A stretch of 64,000 nt of DNA from an uncultured Gemmatimonadales bacterium (GTDB lineage: Bacteria > Gemmatimonadota > Gemmatimonadetes > Gemmatimonadales > GWC2-71-9), in the NCBI GenBank assembly GCA_963795085.1, contig CAWCFX010000001.1, positions 128,001 to 192,000 of the forward strand. Direction: 5' to 3'. The notes under the pieces are model-generated. The model saw nothing but the letters and a program-made list of their open reading frames with translations. It did no database searches and had not been told where the DNA came from. Made by a program: the position numbers and the translations under genes. Of the stretch, positions 47,956-59,400 are shown piece by piece; within the stretch, counting starts at the first letter, position 1, and the number at the start of each line of letters is the position of its first letter.

Positions 47956-49797
47956 CTAGCTGACATCGGCCTCTCTGAACTGCTTCGAATAGAGCCGGGC
48001 ATAGAGCCCCTGGTGTGCGAGCAAACTGGCATGGTCTCCCTCCTCCACCACCAGCCCCCGGTCCAGCACGATCAGCCGGTCAGCCCGCTGGACCGTGGAG
48101 AGCCGGTGGGCAATGATGAGCGTGGTCCGGCCAACCAGGAGCTGTTCCATCGCGTCTTCGATCAGCCGCTCGCTCTCGTTGTCCAGGCTGCTGGTGGCTT
48201 CGTCCAGGAGCAGGACGGCAGGGTCCTTGAGGATCGCCCGGGCAATGGCGATGCGCTGGCGCTGGCCGCCGGACAGCTTGACGCCCCGCTCTCCCACCAT
48301 GGTGTCGTACCCCTGGGGCAGCCGGTCCACGAACTCGGCGGCGTGCGCGGCCCGGGCCGCCGCTTCGACCCGCCCGGCCGACGCCTCCGGATCGGCATAG
48401 GCAATGTTCTCCCGGATGGTGCCGCTGAACAGCGCCGGTTCCTGGGGCACCAGGCCGATGTGACGCCGGAGATCCGCCAGCCGCAGCTCCCTGATATCGA
48501 TCCCGTCGAATCTGATCCGGCCCTCGGTCACGTCCCAGAAGCGCGGGAGCAGCGATGCCAGAGTCGTCTTGCCGGCGCCGGAAGGCCCCACCAGGGCCAC
48601 CACCTCGCCCTGCCGCAGTTCCAGGGATACATGGCGAAGGGCCCAGGCCCCCTCATGGCCATACCGGAAACTCACGTTCTCGATCGCGATGTGGCCACGG
48701 ACCGGCTGGGGCAGGGGGGCCGGCCGGGCCGGGTCGGCAATGGCCGGGGTGGTTTCCAGGATCTGGAACACCCGCTCCGCTGCTCCCGCCGACTCCTGGA
48801 ACGAGCTGAAGAACGACACCAGGGTCCCGATGGCCGCGGCGATGTAGATCGTGTAAAGCAGAAATCCTACCAGCTGGCCCGCGGTGAGATTGCCCTCCAG
48901 CACCAGCCGGCCTCCCTGCCAGAGAACGACGACGACGCCGGCGAAGGTGGCAAAGGTGATTACTCCGAAGAACACTCCCCGGACCTGGGCCCTGCCGAGC
49001 GCCGCCGCCACGATGCTCCCCACCAGGTCGCCGTAGCGCTTCCGCTCGGCCGGCTCCTGCACGAAACTCTGGACGGTGCGGATCTGGCTGAAGGCCTCTT
49101 CGGCGTGGGCGGTGGCGTCGGCCACCTTGTCCTGCACTCCCATGGTGATTCGCCGGAGCCGGCGACCAAAAAAGACGGCGCAGAAGACCACGAAGGGCAC
49201 CACCAGCAACGCGGTGAGGGTCAGCCGGGGCTGCATGAGAAAGAGCGCGATGACGCTCCCGACCAGGGCCAGCGCCTGGCGGGAAAACTCGGCGATCTGG
49301 TGGCTCATCACGCCCTGCAGCATGCCGATGTCGGCGGTGAGCCGGCTGGTCAACTCCCCGGTGCGTCGTTCGGCAAAAAAACCGGGAGGCATGTCCAGCA
49401 GCCGGTCGAACAACTCCCGCCTGAGCCCGGCGACCGCTTTCTCGCCGGTGGCGGAAAGCAGGTAGGTCTGCGCGTAATTGAGGAGCGCCTGGAAGATGAA
49501 CAACACCAGCAGGCCCAGGGCGATCCGGTCCAGCAGCTCGCGGCCGCCTTCAACAAACGCCGCGTCCAGCAGGTGGCCCACGATCCAGGGAAAGGCGAGG
49601 CCGATGAGCGAGGCGAGCACCAGGGTGATACCGGCGAGGACGAGTGACCACCGGTAGGGCCGGATGCGGGGCCAGAGCCGGGCCAGGCTCGCGGGGAGCC
49701 TCAGGCGCAAACCGGCGGCCGGCATGAGCCCGGGGGCTCCGTCCGAAAGGGAGCGGGTCCCGTCGAGGTGGAACGCACGCGTGGAACGACCGGGCAC
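47956..49797 (-). CDS. MsbA-like ABC exporter (TMD-NBD fusion)
   Basis: 6 TM helices, GPSGAGKT, LSGGQRQR, LLDEATS and IAHRLST; start at 49797 or 49725. Confidence 0.92.
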   Translation of the reverse strand: MPGRSTRAFHLDGTRSLSDGAPGLMPAAGLRLRLPASLARLWPRIRPYRWSLVLAGITLVLASLIGLAFPWIVGHLLDAAFVEGGRELLDRIALGLLVLFIFQALLNYAQTYLLSATGEKAVAGLRRELFDRLLDMPPGFFAERRTGELTSRLTADIGMLQGVMSHQIAEFSRQALALVGSVIALFLMQPRLTLTALLVVPFVVFCAVFFGRRLRRITMGVQDKVADATAHAEEAFSQIRTVQSFVQEPAERKRYGDLVGSIVAAALGRAQVRGVFFGVITFATFAGVVVVLWQGGRLVLEGNLTAGQLVGFLLYTIYIAAAIGTLVSFFSSFQESAGAAERVFQILETTPAIADPARPAPLPQPVRGHIAIENVSFRYGHEGAWALRHVSLELRQGEVVALVGPSGAGKTTLASLLPRFWDVTEGRIRFDGIDIRELRLADLRRHIGLVPQEPALFSGTIRENIAYADPEASAGRVEAAARAAHAAEFVDRLPQGYDTMVGERGVKLSGGQRQRIAIARAILKDPAVLLLDEATSSLDNESERLIEDAMEQLLVGRTTLIIAHRLSTVQRADRLIVLDRGLVVEEGDHASLLAHQGLYARLYSKQFREADVS

Positions 49798-49878
49798 GAA
49801 GATTGGAACGAACCCGTCTCCAGTGCTTTCATCTGCCTCTCTTCGTGCCTTCGTGATTTGCGGTGCGGTTGTTGATGC

Positions 49879-51747
49879 CTATTGATCGGCATGCGGTCCC
49901 TGGTGCCCGGCTTCCTCCGCCTGGGGCAACTGCTTCAGCACCAGTACCTGTTCACCTCGGAACGGACTGGGAGTCGGGATGGCCCGGTCCAGCCCCATCG
50001 CCCCGAACAGGAGAAAGAGATAGAGGAGGGAATACTTGTACATGCCCCACGCCGTGGGGGTGACCGTGGTTTCCCTAAGCAGCCGTATGCAGTACCACAG
50101 GAGCCGGGCGCCGAGGAGGGTCGCGGCGATCGCGTAGAGGGTCCCCATGCTGCCGGCCAGCCACGGCAGGAGTGTCAGTGGCACCAGCATGACGGTATAG
50201 CCCAGCATCTGAATCTTGGTGTAGCGGTCGCCCCGGACCACCGGCATCATGGGTACGCCGGCCTTGGAATATTCGCCCTGCTTGATCAGGGCCAGGGCCC
50301 AGAAGTGAGGCGGGGTCCAGTAGAAAATGATGGCGAAAAGATAAATAGCCGTGAGGTCCAAGCTGCCGGTCATCGCCGTCCAGCCCACCAGCGGGGGAAA
50401 GGCCCCGGCTGCTCCGCCGATGACGATGTTCTGGGGACTCGAACGCTTGAGCCACACGGTATAGACCAGCACGTAGAACAGGAGGCCGGCCAGGGCCAGC
50501 CAGGCCGCCAGCGGGTTGGCCTGAAAGTATAGAATCGCGAAGGCCGCGGCGCCCAGCAGGGACCCGAAGGCAAGCACGAATCCCGCCGAGAGGCGGCCGG
50601 AGGGAATCGGCCGCAAGCGGGTCCGGCTCATCTTGTCGTCGATGTCCCGGTCGAACCACATATTGATGGCGTTGGCCCCGCCGGCCATGAGGTAGCCGCC
50701 GATCAGCACCCAGAACACCAGCCCCGCGCTCGGTAAGCCTGCCGGAGTGATGAACATCGGGAAGATCGTGGTAACGAGGAGCAGCGAGATGATCCTGGGC
50801 TTGGTCAGGCTGACCAGGTCGGCGAAGAGCCGCGGACGCGCCACGGCCGGTGCGCCGGTGCCGGCAACCGCTTCGGCAGCCGGCTCCTCGCTCCGGCTCA
50901 GTTGCACCAGCACGACCAGCCCTGCCCAGATCGCGGTGCCCATGAGGAGGTGAAGGGCGCGCAGGCCGCCGGGAAGCAGGTACAGGACCATCGCGGCGGC
51001 AATCCCCACCTGGGCCACTGCCATCAGGAGGATCATGGCCACCGGCAGGCCAAGCGAGGGCCGGTCCCGGCGCACCCGGAAGGCCAGCCAACCCAGGTAG
51101 GCCAGGAAGCCAAAGGCCGCCACGCGGTGCACCCAGTGGATGGTGCCAAACCGGGTGGGCGGTGGGAGGAGGCTGCCGGAGCAGAGCGGGAATCCCTGGC
51201 ACACGAACCCGGCGTGGTAATTGGCCACCAAGGCGCCCAGGAGGACCACAGCCAGGCCGAAGGCGGCACCGATGAGGGCCGGGCCGTAGGCCGGGCGGGG
51301 TGCCCCGGCGGGCCGCCCCGCCCGGAGGCCCGCGACCATCAGTGTCCCCAGCAGCAGCATGGCATTGCCGAGGTGGAGAATCACCACTTCCGGCGGCAGC
51401 TCGAGTTTGACCGTCACGGCGCCCAGCAGCACCTGCACGATCAGCAAGACCGCCGCCAGGGTGGCCGGGTTCCGGAGTTTTGGCTGGGACCGGTATTTCG
51501 TCCAGGCGAGGCCTGCGAGCGCGAAGACCATCACGCTAACGAGGGCCGCCGCCCAGCGGTGGCCGATCTCGATCATGGTGGGCAGGTCCAGGGGCGGGAA
51601 CCACTCCCCGTTGCACTTCGGCCAATGGTCGCCGCAGCCCATACCAGACCCGGTAATCCGGACGATCCCCCCCAGCAGAATGAGCGCGAAAGCCGATATC
51701 CCGGCCGTCCACGCCAGCCAACGGTACCCCCGCCCTGAAGCTGCCAT
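49879..51747 (-). CDS. Fused heme A synthase (CtaA/COX15) and heme O synthase (CtaB/CyoE)
   Basis: N-half: VRITGSGMGC..WPKC, EIGHR, LH, HWVHR. C-half: LTKPRI, DRDID.KMSRT..RP, YWTPPHFWAL. Start at ATG 51747. Confidence 0.92.
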   Translation of the reverse strand: MAASGRGYRWLAWTAGISAFALILLGGIVRITGSGMGCGDHWPKCNGEWFPPLDLPTMIEIGHRWAAALVSVMVFALAGLAWTKYRSQPKLRNPATLAAVLLIVQVLLGAVTVKLELPPEVVILHLGNAMLLLGTLMVAGLRAGRPAGAPRPAYGPALIGAAFGLAVVLLGALVANYHAGFVCQGFPLCSGSLLPPPTRFGTIHWVHRVAAFGFLAYLGWLAFRVRRDRPSLGLPVAMILLMAVAQVGIAAAMVLYLLPGGLRALHLLMGTAIWAGLVVLVQLSRSEEPAAEAVAGTGAPAVARPRLFADLVSLTKPRIISLLLVTTIFPMFITPAGLPSAGLVFWVLIGGYLMAGGANAINMWFDRDIDDKMSRTRLRPIPSGRLSAGFVLAFGSLLGAAAFAILYFQANPLAAWLALAGLLFYVLVYTVWLKRSSPQNIVIGGAAGAFPPLVGWTAMTGSLDLTAIYLFAIIFYWTPPHFWALALIKQGEYSKAGVPMMPVVRGDRYTKIQMLGYTVMLVPLTLLPWLAGSMGTLYAIAATLLGARLLWYCIRLLRETTVTPTAWGMYKYSLLYLFLLFGAMGLDRAIPTPSPFRGEQVLVLKQLPQAEEAGHQGPHADQ

Positions 51748-51902
51748 AGTGGAACAGTTTACCCCGCCTGAAGTGTCCCAACCCCGCTGACCCCTCCCCC
51801 CGCCGGGGCTAAAGAACGAATGTCGGCAGGCGCTTGTCAAGCAACATTTTAGACGGCATCTTACCCGGTGTAAGTCATCCTTCCCCCCCACCACATGGTG
51901 TT

Positions 51903-53249
51903 ATGGCCGAACGCGACGAGTGGGGCGAACGTCTCCCCCGCCACCTGGGGCTCTGGAGTTCAATCGCGGTGCTGGTGGGTTCGACTATCGGCAGCGGGAT
52001 TTTCCGGGTTCCTGCCACCGTGGCGGCGGAACTGCAGACTCCGGGGCCGGTCCTGCTGGCGTGGGTCCTGGGGGGCTGCCTGGCCCTGTTCGGGGCCCTG
52101 ACCTTCGCCGAGCTGGCCGCCGCGATGCCCCGGTCGGGCGGGATCTTCGCCTACATCCTCGAGGCGTTCGGGCCCCTCCCGGCCTTTCTCTTCGGCTGGA
52201 CCGAGCTGGCGGTCGTTCGCGCCTCCGCCCTCGGCGCCATCGCGACCCTCTTCGCCGAGTATCTTGGCTACTTCGCCAACCTGAGCGACGCCCAGGTCCA
52301 CTACTTCGCCGCCGGGGCCATTATCCTGGTGGGCCTGTTCAACTATGTCGGGGTCGGCTACGCCTCGGTCGTGATGAACTTCATCACCGTCGCCAAGTAC
52401 GGGGCGCTGTTGCTGCTCGGCATGCTGGCATTCGCGGTAGGGGAGGGGAGCAGCGCCAACTTCACGCCCCTTTTCTCCGCCGGGCTCAACCTCTCCCTCC
52501 TGGCCAGCGCCCTGATCCCGATCATGTGGACGTATGACGGGTGGGCGGATCTGAGTTTCATGGGGGGAGAAGTGAAAGACCCGGGCCGCACCCTGCCGCT
52601 GGCCCTGATCATCGGGACCAGTCTGATCATCGTGGTTTATCTGCTGCTTAACCTGGCGTATATGTACCTGGTACCGCTGCCTGAAATGGCGGTGTCGCCG
52701 CTGATCACCACCACCGCCGCCGAGCGAATTCCGTTGCTCGGCGCGGCGGGCGCATCGGTGATCGCGGCGGTAGTAATGATCAGCGCGTTCGGCGCGCTCA
52801 ACGGGTCAATGATGACCGGCCCCCGGATCTTCTTCGCCATGGCGGACCGCGGGCTCTTCTTCCGGGGTATCGCCCGGGTCTCGCCCCGGTTCCAGAGCCC
52901 CTCGGTGGCGATCTGGCTGGCCACCGGCCTGGGCGTGCTCTACGTGCTGCTGAACGATTTCGCCCAGCTGGCCGACCGATTCATCCTCGGCATCTGGCCT
53001 TTCTACGCGATGGCCGTGGCGGCGGTGTTCGTGTTTCGCAAGAAGCGCCCCGACATGGAGCGCCCCTACCGGGCCTGGGGCTACCCGGTGGTCCCCGCTC
53101 TCTTTCTGCTGGCCTCGGTGGCCATGGTCGTCAACGAACTGGCAACCGACACCCGGAACACCGCCATCACGCTGGGAATCATCCTGGTGGGCGTGCCGGT
53201 GTACTACCTGTGGAGGGCTTTAGGGACGAGAACCAGGACTGAGGACTGA
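51903..53249 (+). CDS. APC family amino acid permease
   Basis: GSTIGSGIF, AELAAAMPRSGG, YDGW, GEVKDP and RPYRAWGYP motifs. Confidence 0.93.
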   Translation: MAERDEWGERLPRHLGLWSSIAVLVGSTIGSGIFRVPATVAAELQTPGPVLLAWVLGGCLALFGALTFAELAAAMPRSGGIFAYILEAFGPLPAFLFGWTELAVVRASALGAIATLFAEYLGYFANLSDAQVHYFAAGAIILVGLFNYVGVGYASVVMNFITVAKYGALLLLGMLAFAVGEGSSANFTPLFSAGLNLSLLASALIPIMWTYDGWADLSFMGGEVKDPGRTLPLALIIGTSLIIVVYLLLNLAYMYLVPLPEMAVSPLITTTAAERIPLLGAAGASVIAAVVMISAFGALNGSMMTGPRIFFAMADRGLFFRGIARVSPRFQSPSVAIWLATGLGVLYVLLNDFAQLADRFILGIWPFYAMAVAAVFVFRKKRPDMERPYRAWGYPVVPALFLLASVAMVVNELATDTRNTAITLGIILVGVPVYYLWRALGTRTRTED

Positions 53250-53339
53250 GGGGTGTGAGTTAAATGCTTGAGTGGAAATGTTTCCCGGTGGCGTGATTAT
53301 GTTGCCCATCAATCGGCTTGGCGATCCATATTTCGGGTT

Positions 53340-53728
53340 ATGCCAATCGCCGACTTCGAAGACCTGATCGCAAGGAGGAAGGCCAGGGGGCTTCTGCAGG
53401 CCGTGGCTGGAAACGACTGCCCCTCCGTCGTGACTATGCCATGTGCGACCAGCTGCGTCGTTCCTCATCGTCGACCATGGCCAATATCGCCGAAGGATTC
53501 GAAAGAGGGCGACCCACGGAGTTTCGCCAGTTCCTGTCAATAGCCAAGGGTTCCTGCGGTGAGGTACGCTCGCATCTCCATGCACTGAAGGATTTCGGCT
53601 ATCTGGCTCCCGAAAGAGCCAATCAGCTGATCGAGCAGGCTCGTGAGGTGGGGCGCATTATCGGGGGTCTGAGAGTCGCTGTCAGCCGCCGGTGTAAGCC
53701 GGTACTGACACAGCGCACCAACTCCTGA
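53340..53728 (+). pseudogene. Four-helix-bundle (23S rRNA IVP-like) protein gene, frameshifted
   Basis: N-terminus MPIADFEDLIARRKAR (ATG 53340) is in a different frame from DQLRRSSSSTMANIAEGFER...FLSIAKGSCGE; shift near 53405. Confidence 0.82.
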
Positions 53729-53763
53729 ACATAACCCCCCTCAGTACTCAGCACTCGTCTCGG

Positions 53764-54840
53764 CTAGGTTTGCACCCGCTTGAGCAGCACCAGTCCCGCC
53801 GCCAGGAAGAGCACGTTGGGAAACCAGGCCGCCACGTGGGGGTTGACCACGCCACCGGCGCCGACTGCCTTCGCGATCTGCGCCATCATGAGGAACGTCA
53901 CGGTGGTGCCGAGGGCCACGGCGATGCCCATGGCGGTCCCGGCCCGGGGCGAGGTCACCCCGAGGGGTGCACCAAAGATGGCGATCACCAGGCAGGTGGC
54001 CGGGAGGGCGAGTTTGAGTGCCTGTTCCACCACGATCTTGTTCACCTCGTTGCCGGAGCGCCGCAGCGATTCGATATAGCGGCCCAACTCGGCGTAGCGC
54101 ATCTCGTCCGGGGCCTTGGGCTCGATCAGCAATTCGGCCGGTGACTCTTTCATGACGGCCAGGGTCATGCTGCCGAAGGCAAAGGCGTCCTCATCCGCCC
54201 CCGCCCGTACCGACCGGGTGGTGCCGCGCCAGAGTCTCCAGGATTCCGCCTGGGGGTCCCAGGTCGCGCTGTCGGCCTGGATGGCGAGGGTGGGGTATTC
54301 CTCTCCGTCTCCCTGCCGTTCCAGTACCAGGTTTCTGAGGGCCCGGCTGGCCAGGTCCAGCGAGCCGATGGTATAAACCCAGCCTTCCTCGGCCCGGTAC
54401 ACGAAGTTGTAGCGCGCCACCTGGGAACGGTCCCGGTCCGGGTTCTGGATCTCGTTCATGCGGGCGGTGGAGCCGGGAGCCAGTTCGCCGACCACCACCG
54501 CGAGGATCGAGGCGCCGAAGGCCGCCAGGAAGATGGGCCGCATCAGCCGGTAGAAGCTCTGCCCGCCGGCCTTCGCCGCGGTGAGCTCGGAATTGCGGCT
54601 CAGGGCTCCCACGGTAAAAACGGTGGCAAACAGCACCGCCGCCGGCATCACCAGGGAGACGTTCTCCGGGATGGAGTAGAAGTAGCTCAGTGCGATCTGC
54701 CCGGCCGTCAGGCCGCGAGAAAGCCATTTGTCGAGGAAATCGATCAGGTTGATGACGATCGAAACCAGCGGGAACCCGAGGGCGGTGATCACGAAGATCC
54801 GGACCCAGGACCGGAGCACGTAGGCGTCGAGGGTGCGCAT
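53764..54840 (-). CDS. lptG: LptF/LptG family permease (LptG)
   Basis: LDAYVLR, LSRNSELTA.KAGG.S and AAWFPN motifs; downstream of a paralog. Confidence 0.85.
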   Translation of the reverse strand: MRTLDAYVLRSWVRIFVITALGFPLVSIVINLIDFLDKWLSRGLTAGQIALSYFYSIPENVSLVMPAAVLFATVFTVGALSRNSELTAAKAGGQSFYRLMRPIFLAAFGASILAVVVGELAPGSTARMNEIQNPDRDRSQVARYNFVYRAEEGWVYTIGSLDLASRALRNLVLERQGDGEEYPTLAIQADSATWDPQAESWRLWRGTTRSVRAGADEDAFAFGSMTLAVMKESPAELLIEPKAPDEMRYAELGRYIESLRRSGNEVNKIVVEQALKLALPATCLVIAIFGAPLGVTSPRAGTAMGIAVALGTTVTFLMMAQIAKAVGAGGVVNPHVAAWFPNVLFLAAGLVLLKRVQT

Positions 54841-56438
54841 CAGGCGTTCCTCCGCCGGCGCCAGCGTCCGAGGATCGCGTCGAGCAGCTCGGAAAAATCT
54901 CCGCCCCGGGTGGAGCCCGATTCGCGAGAGACTCGGAACAGGCCGATGATACCCAGGACCACGAAGAGCATATTGGAGGCCCACATGGCCGCAACCGGGC
55001 TCACGATGGCCCGGTCGCCCAGCGCCTCTCCGGCGATCAGGCCGATGTAGTACACCGAGAACACGGCCAGGCCGCCTCCCAGGACCAGGCCCATGCCGCC
55101 CCTGGGGAACCGGAGTGCCATGGGAATTCCCACCAAAACAAAGACGACACAGGCTACCGCGATGGACCACTTCTTGTGGACCTCGATGGCGTACTTCCCG
55201 GCCAGCTGCAGGGCGTCCTGGGCCCGGGTCGCCGCGTTGGTCACCTCCGGATAGGTGGTCAACTGGATCCGGATCGCGGAATCAGCGGCCGGGGCGCCGG
55301 GTGCAGTGATGCCGGAGGCGCTATCTGGGGGTAGCAGACCCCTCCGGATGCTGTCGGCCCGGAGCTTCCGGGCCCGGATTTCGGCCGGAATTGCTGTCTG
55401 ATCGCGGAGCCGGCTGACCTGGGGCCTGGCCTGCTGTGCGGGCTCCTGCGCTTCAGCCGTCTTCGGAGAGAGGAAGCCGCCGATCCGCTCGAACCAGGCA
55501 CAGTACCCTCCGGGCCGAGCCGCCGTGAGTTGTGGGGGGGGGTCGGGCAGGCTCAGGCCGAGCAGCTTTCTCAGATCCCGGGCCCGGAGGTACAGCCGCT
55601 CCAGGTCTGCCTGCCGGCTGTCCCGCCGGTGCTGCTCAATGACTGCCATCATCTCGCAGGTGCTCATCTCGCGGTCGCCCCGGGTAGCCTCCACGAAGTT
55701 GGCTTCGAACTGGTTGGTGATATCCTTAACCCGGATGTCGTTGACCCCGAAGTAGGTCAACTGGAAGACCTCGGGCTGGGCGCTCTTGAACTGGTGAACC
55801 GAGCCGGAGAAGAGCCGCAGGCTCAGGTCGGTCTCGTCCGGGGTGAGCGCCATGACGCCGCTGTCGGCGTACACAACCCGCCGGCCGCCGGTGGCGTTCA
55901 TGTCGTAGATCGTGACCTCACGCATCCGCCCGGTGTTGGGGTCAATGCGGAGGGCCCGCAGAAAGATCCCGGCCGGTCCCAGTTCGTTGATGACCTGTTC
56001 CCGCAGTTCGAACGTGGGCTTCTTGCGGCCAATATTCAGCAGCAGGTTCCGGAGCTGGGCATTGCTGCGGGGCAGGACCTGGTCGCTGAAGAGAAAGCTT
56101 GCCAGCGCGATGACCAGTCCGACCGCGAAGACTGGCCGCACCACCTGGAAGACGCTGATGCCGCTGGCCCGCATGGCGGTAACTTCGTTGTCGGCGGCGA
56201 GGTGGGTGAACGTATAGAGCACCGCCATCAGCACGGCCATCGGCAGCGTGATGGCCACGATAAACGGAATGCTCAGTCCGAAGACCTCGCCGATCACGTT
56301 CCAGGGCAGGCCCTTGCCCACCAGGGCGCCGAACCGGCGGGCGACCTGGTTGAGGATCATGATGCTGGTGAGCGCCGCCAGGGCAAAGAGAAACGGCGCC
56401 ACCATCTGGCGGAGCAGATAGCGGCTGAGGAGACGCAT
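54840..56438 (-). CDS. lptF: LptF/LptG family permease (LptF) with long periplasmic insertion
   Basis: LSRYLLR, LAADNEVTAMRASGIS and EVHKKWSI motifs. Confidence 0.85.
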   Translation of the reverse strand: MRLLSRYLLRQMVAPFLFALAALTSIMILNQVARRFGALVGKGLPWNVIGEVFGLSIPFIVAITLPMAVLMAVLYTFTHLAADNEVTAMRASGISVFQVVRPVFAVGLVIALASFLFSDQVLPRSNAQLRNLLLNIGRKKPTFELREQVINELGPAGIFLRALRIDPNTGRMREVTIYDMNATGGRRVVYADSGVMALTPDETDLSLRLFSGSVHQFKSAQPEVFQLTYFGVNDIRVKDITNQFEANFVEATRGDREMSTCEMMAVIEQHRRDSRQADLERLYLRARDLRKLLGLSLPDPPPQLTAARPGGYCAWFERIGGFLSPKTAEAQEPAQQARPQVSRLRDQTAIPAEIRARKLRADSIRRGLLPPDSASGITAPGAPAADSAIRIQLTTYPEVTNAATRAQDALQLAGKYAIEVHKKWSIAVACVVFVLVGIPMALRFPRGGMGLVLGGGLAVFSVYYIGLIAGEALGDRAIVSPVAAMWASNMLFVVLGIIGLFRVSRESGSTRGGDFSELLDAILGRWRRRRNA

Positions 56439-56468
56439 TGGTCAGTGGCCGATGGTTGAAGCCAGGCG

Positions 56469-59400
56469 GTGGCGGCTGTTCATGTCCTGTTCCTGGTGCT
56501 GGTTCGTTCCCGGTCCGGCTATATTTCCCGAATTCCCTTGCCCCAGCGTCCGATTTCGTCCCGACTCTCCCTGTTGCTGCCGGCTCTGGCCGTTGTGCTC
56601 GGCCTGACCCTTCTTCCGACCACGGCGAAGGGACAGGCGGATTCGGTCATCCCCGGTTTCCAGGCATCCTTTAAGATACCCGGGCCGGCCCTGGTGTCGC
56701 CGATTCCCCTTCGCCTCAGCACCGGCCGGCCGGGGGAAGTCGGCGTGTCGGGCCGCTGGGATGCCAGCTTTGCCCACAGCCTGGATTCCTCCCGGGCCAT
56801 CCGGGCCATGGCGTACCGGCTGCGCAGCATCTACGGGGAGGCGGGGCAGCGTCCGCCCCGGACCCGTGTGGAGCCGCGGGACCAGGGCATCCTCAGCCTG
56901 CCGTCTCAATATGCCGATCTCACGATCGACGGCACAGCCAGGGTGGAGATCCGGACCGACCGGGTCAAGAACGAACGCTGTACGCCCGCGGCCCTGCTCG
57001 ACCCCGCCTCCGGGTGCCGGGGCGGCTTCAGCGCCCCCCGGATTGACAACCAGTTCAATGTGCTGGCCGGGGGCCTGATCGGCCGCCGACTCCATGTCAA
57101 CGTGGACTACGACTCGGAACGCGACTTCGGCGGCAACGACAATATCCAGGTCTACTACCAGGGCCTGGAAGACGAGATCGTCCAGCGGGTGGAGGTGGGA
57201 ACGGTCACCTTTCGCCCCCCGGCCTCCCGGTTCATAACCGCGGCGATTCCCGCCAATAACTTCGGCATTAACGCCACGTTCGAAGTGGGGCCGTTCCAGA
57301 TCCAGGCGATTGCCGCCCAGCAGAAGGGGAGTTCTGTAGCAGAACGTACCTTCACCGTCGGCGAACGGATTACCCAGCCGCAGGACCGGCAGGTCCGCGA
57401 TCTGGACTTTGAAGCGGGACGATTTCTCTGGGTCATTGATCCCGCAATTCTGCCGGGTTACCCGGCCATCGACATCCTGAACGTTAATTCGGCGGCCGCC
57501 GCAGCGGACCAGCGCCCCCAGTCCGAGCTCCGGATCTACCGTTACCGTCCAGTCCAGTCCCAGGGGGGCGCGAATGCCAATGTGGGCGGCATCAACGCGG
57601 TCGCGATCAGCGCCGACGGGGTCCAGCGGCAGACGGCACGCTGGGAGCTGCTGATTCAGAATCAGGATTATTACCTGGATGCCTCTGGACTCTGGTTCAC
57701 GCTTGCGTCCAAGCTGGACCAGAAGGATTATCTGGCGGTCAGCTACCTGACGGCCGCCGGCACCCGGGTAGGAACCGGCCCGGTGACCGACACGCCGGTC
57801 GTGCCAGGCACCGCGCCGCGAGACACCCTGAGACTCATCGTGGAGCCGCTGGTCAGCTCCGACCGGACCACCTTCCGGCACGAGATGCGGCAGGTGTACC
57901 GGGTGGCCGGTGCCGATCTTGACCTGAACTCTCTCCGGGTGGACCTGTCCGTCAACCAGACCGAGCGGCCCCTCTCCGGGACGGCCAGCACCTATCTGGC
58001 CCTGCTGGGTCTGTCGCTGCCGACCGACGAAAGCATTTTCGACGCCTACAGCCGGCTGTTTCCCCGGCTCCAGGATACCCAGGCTGGCCAGACGATCAGG
58101 GAATCCTACATCGTTTTTCCCCACCTGCGACCATTTGCCGATGCGACCCGGCTGCAGCCGGCTGAGCGTTCCGACTCGCTGTACACGACGCCGCTGTACC
58201 TGGTGCTCTCCCAGGGTCCGCCCGCAAAGTTCCTGTTCCGGCTCCGGTACAGCGCCAGCGGCAACGAGGATCGCTCCACCCTGGACCTGAATGCCCTGCA
58301 GATCAGGGAAGGGAGCGAGCGCATTTCCGCGAACGGGCAGGTGCTGGAACGGGGGACGGACTATTCGATCGATTACAACACGGGCCGGGTGACCTTTTTG
58401 ACGCCGGATCTTCTCTTCGGGAACACGCCGGCCCAGGTCTCCGCCCGGTTCGAGGAGCGAGGCTTTTTCGCCATCGCTCCCACGACCATCTTTGGAGGCT
58501 CCGCCCAGTACCGGATGGGAGACCGCGGAAATATCAACCTGATCGGTATCTACCAGTATGAGCAGACGGCATTCAACCGGCCGCCGCTGGGATTCGAGCC
58601 GGAAGCGACCCTGGTGGCGGGCATCAACACCGACCTGCACTTTCGCCCCAATGTCTTGACCCGGGTTCTTGACGGGCTGACCAGTGGCGGGGCGACCGCC
58701 CCGTCCCGGCTCGATGTCACAGCGGAATTCGCGGTGACCCGGCCGGATCCCAACCGGGCCGGCGCCGCCTTCCTCGAGGAGTTCGAATCCGATGCCGGGA
58801 TCGACATTTCGCTGCGGGAGAACCTGTGGGGCCTCGCCAGCCGCCCCCAGTCGGCAGATGGGCTGGTCGCGGAGATTCCCGATTTCGCCGCTGGTTTCGA
58901 CTCTACCTGGGCCTCCCAGCTGACCTGGCAAAACCTGGTGCCCGCCTGCCGGGTGGTCTCCGAATGCGGCCCGATCCAGTTGCGTGCGGAGGACATCGAT
59001 CCCAATGTGACGATCGTGGGGACCGGCTCCCAGCGCGAAACGATCATGTTCATGACCCTGCACGCGGACACGGCGGGCGGCATCGTCAACAACCGGAACG
59101 AATCCGCCTGGACGCTGCCGCGGACCGACTTCCAGCCGCGGTGGCGCTCCATCGTGACCTCGCTGAGCACGACCGGGACCGACCTGTCGCGCAGCGAATA
59201 CATGGAGTTCTGGGTATTCCAGGATGGCCGGCGCTCCGCCGACAGCGCCGGGGTGCGGCTGGTGCTTGACCTGGGTTCCGTCAACGAGGATGCCCTGGCC
59301 ATCGTGCCGGAATCGCTTTCGGTGAATGGTTCCGACAGCACCTTTTCCGGCCGGGCATACACCGGGGTGAACCGGCTGGATTCGGAGCGGGATCCGACCG

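Noticed and set aside
49841..49856. CTTCGTG 8-mer doublet (also AAGGGGGC doublet near 17613-17628)
   Set aside because: Only two units each; too short to separate from chance.
53340..53728. Diversity-generating retroelement (Avd-like gene)
   Set aside because: No reverse transcriptase and no TR/VR pair in the window.
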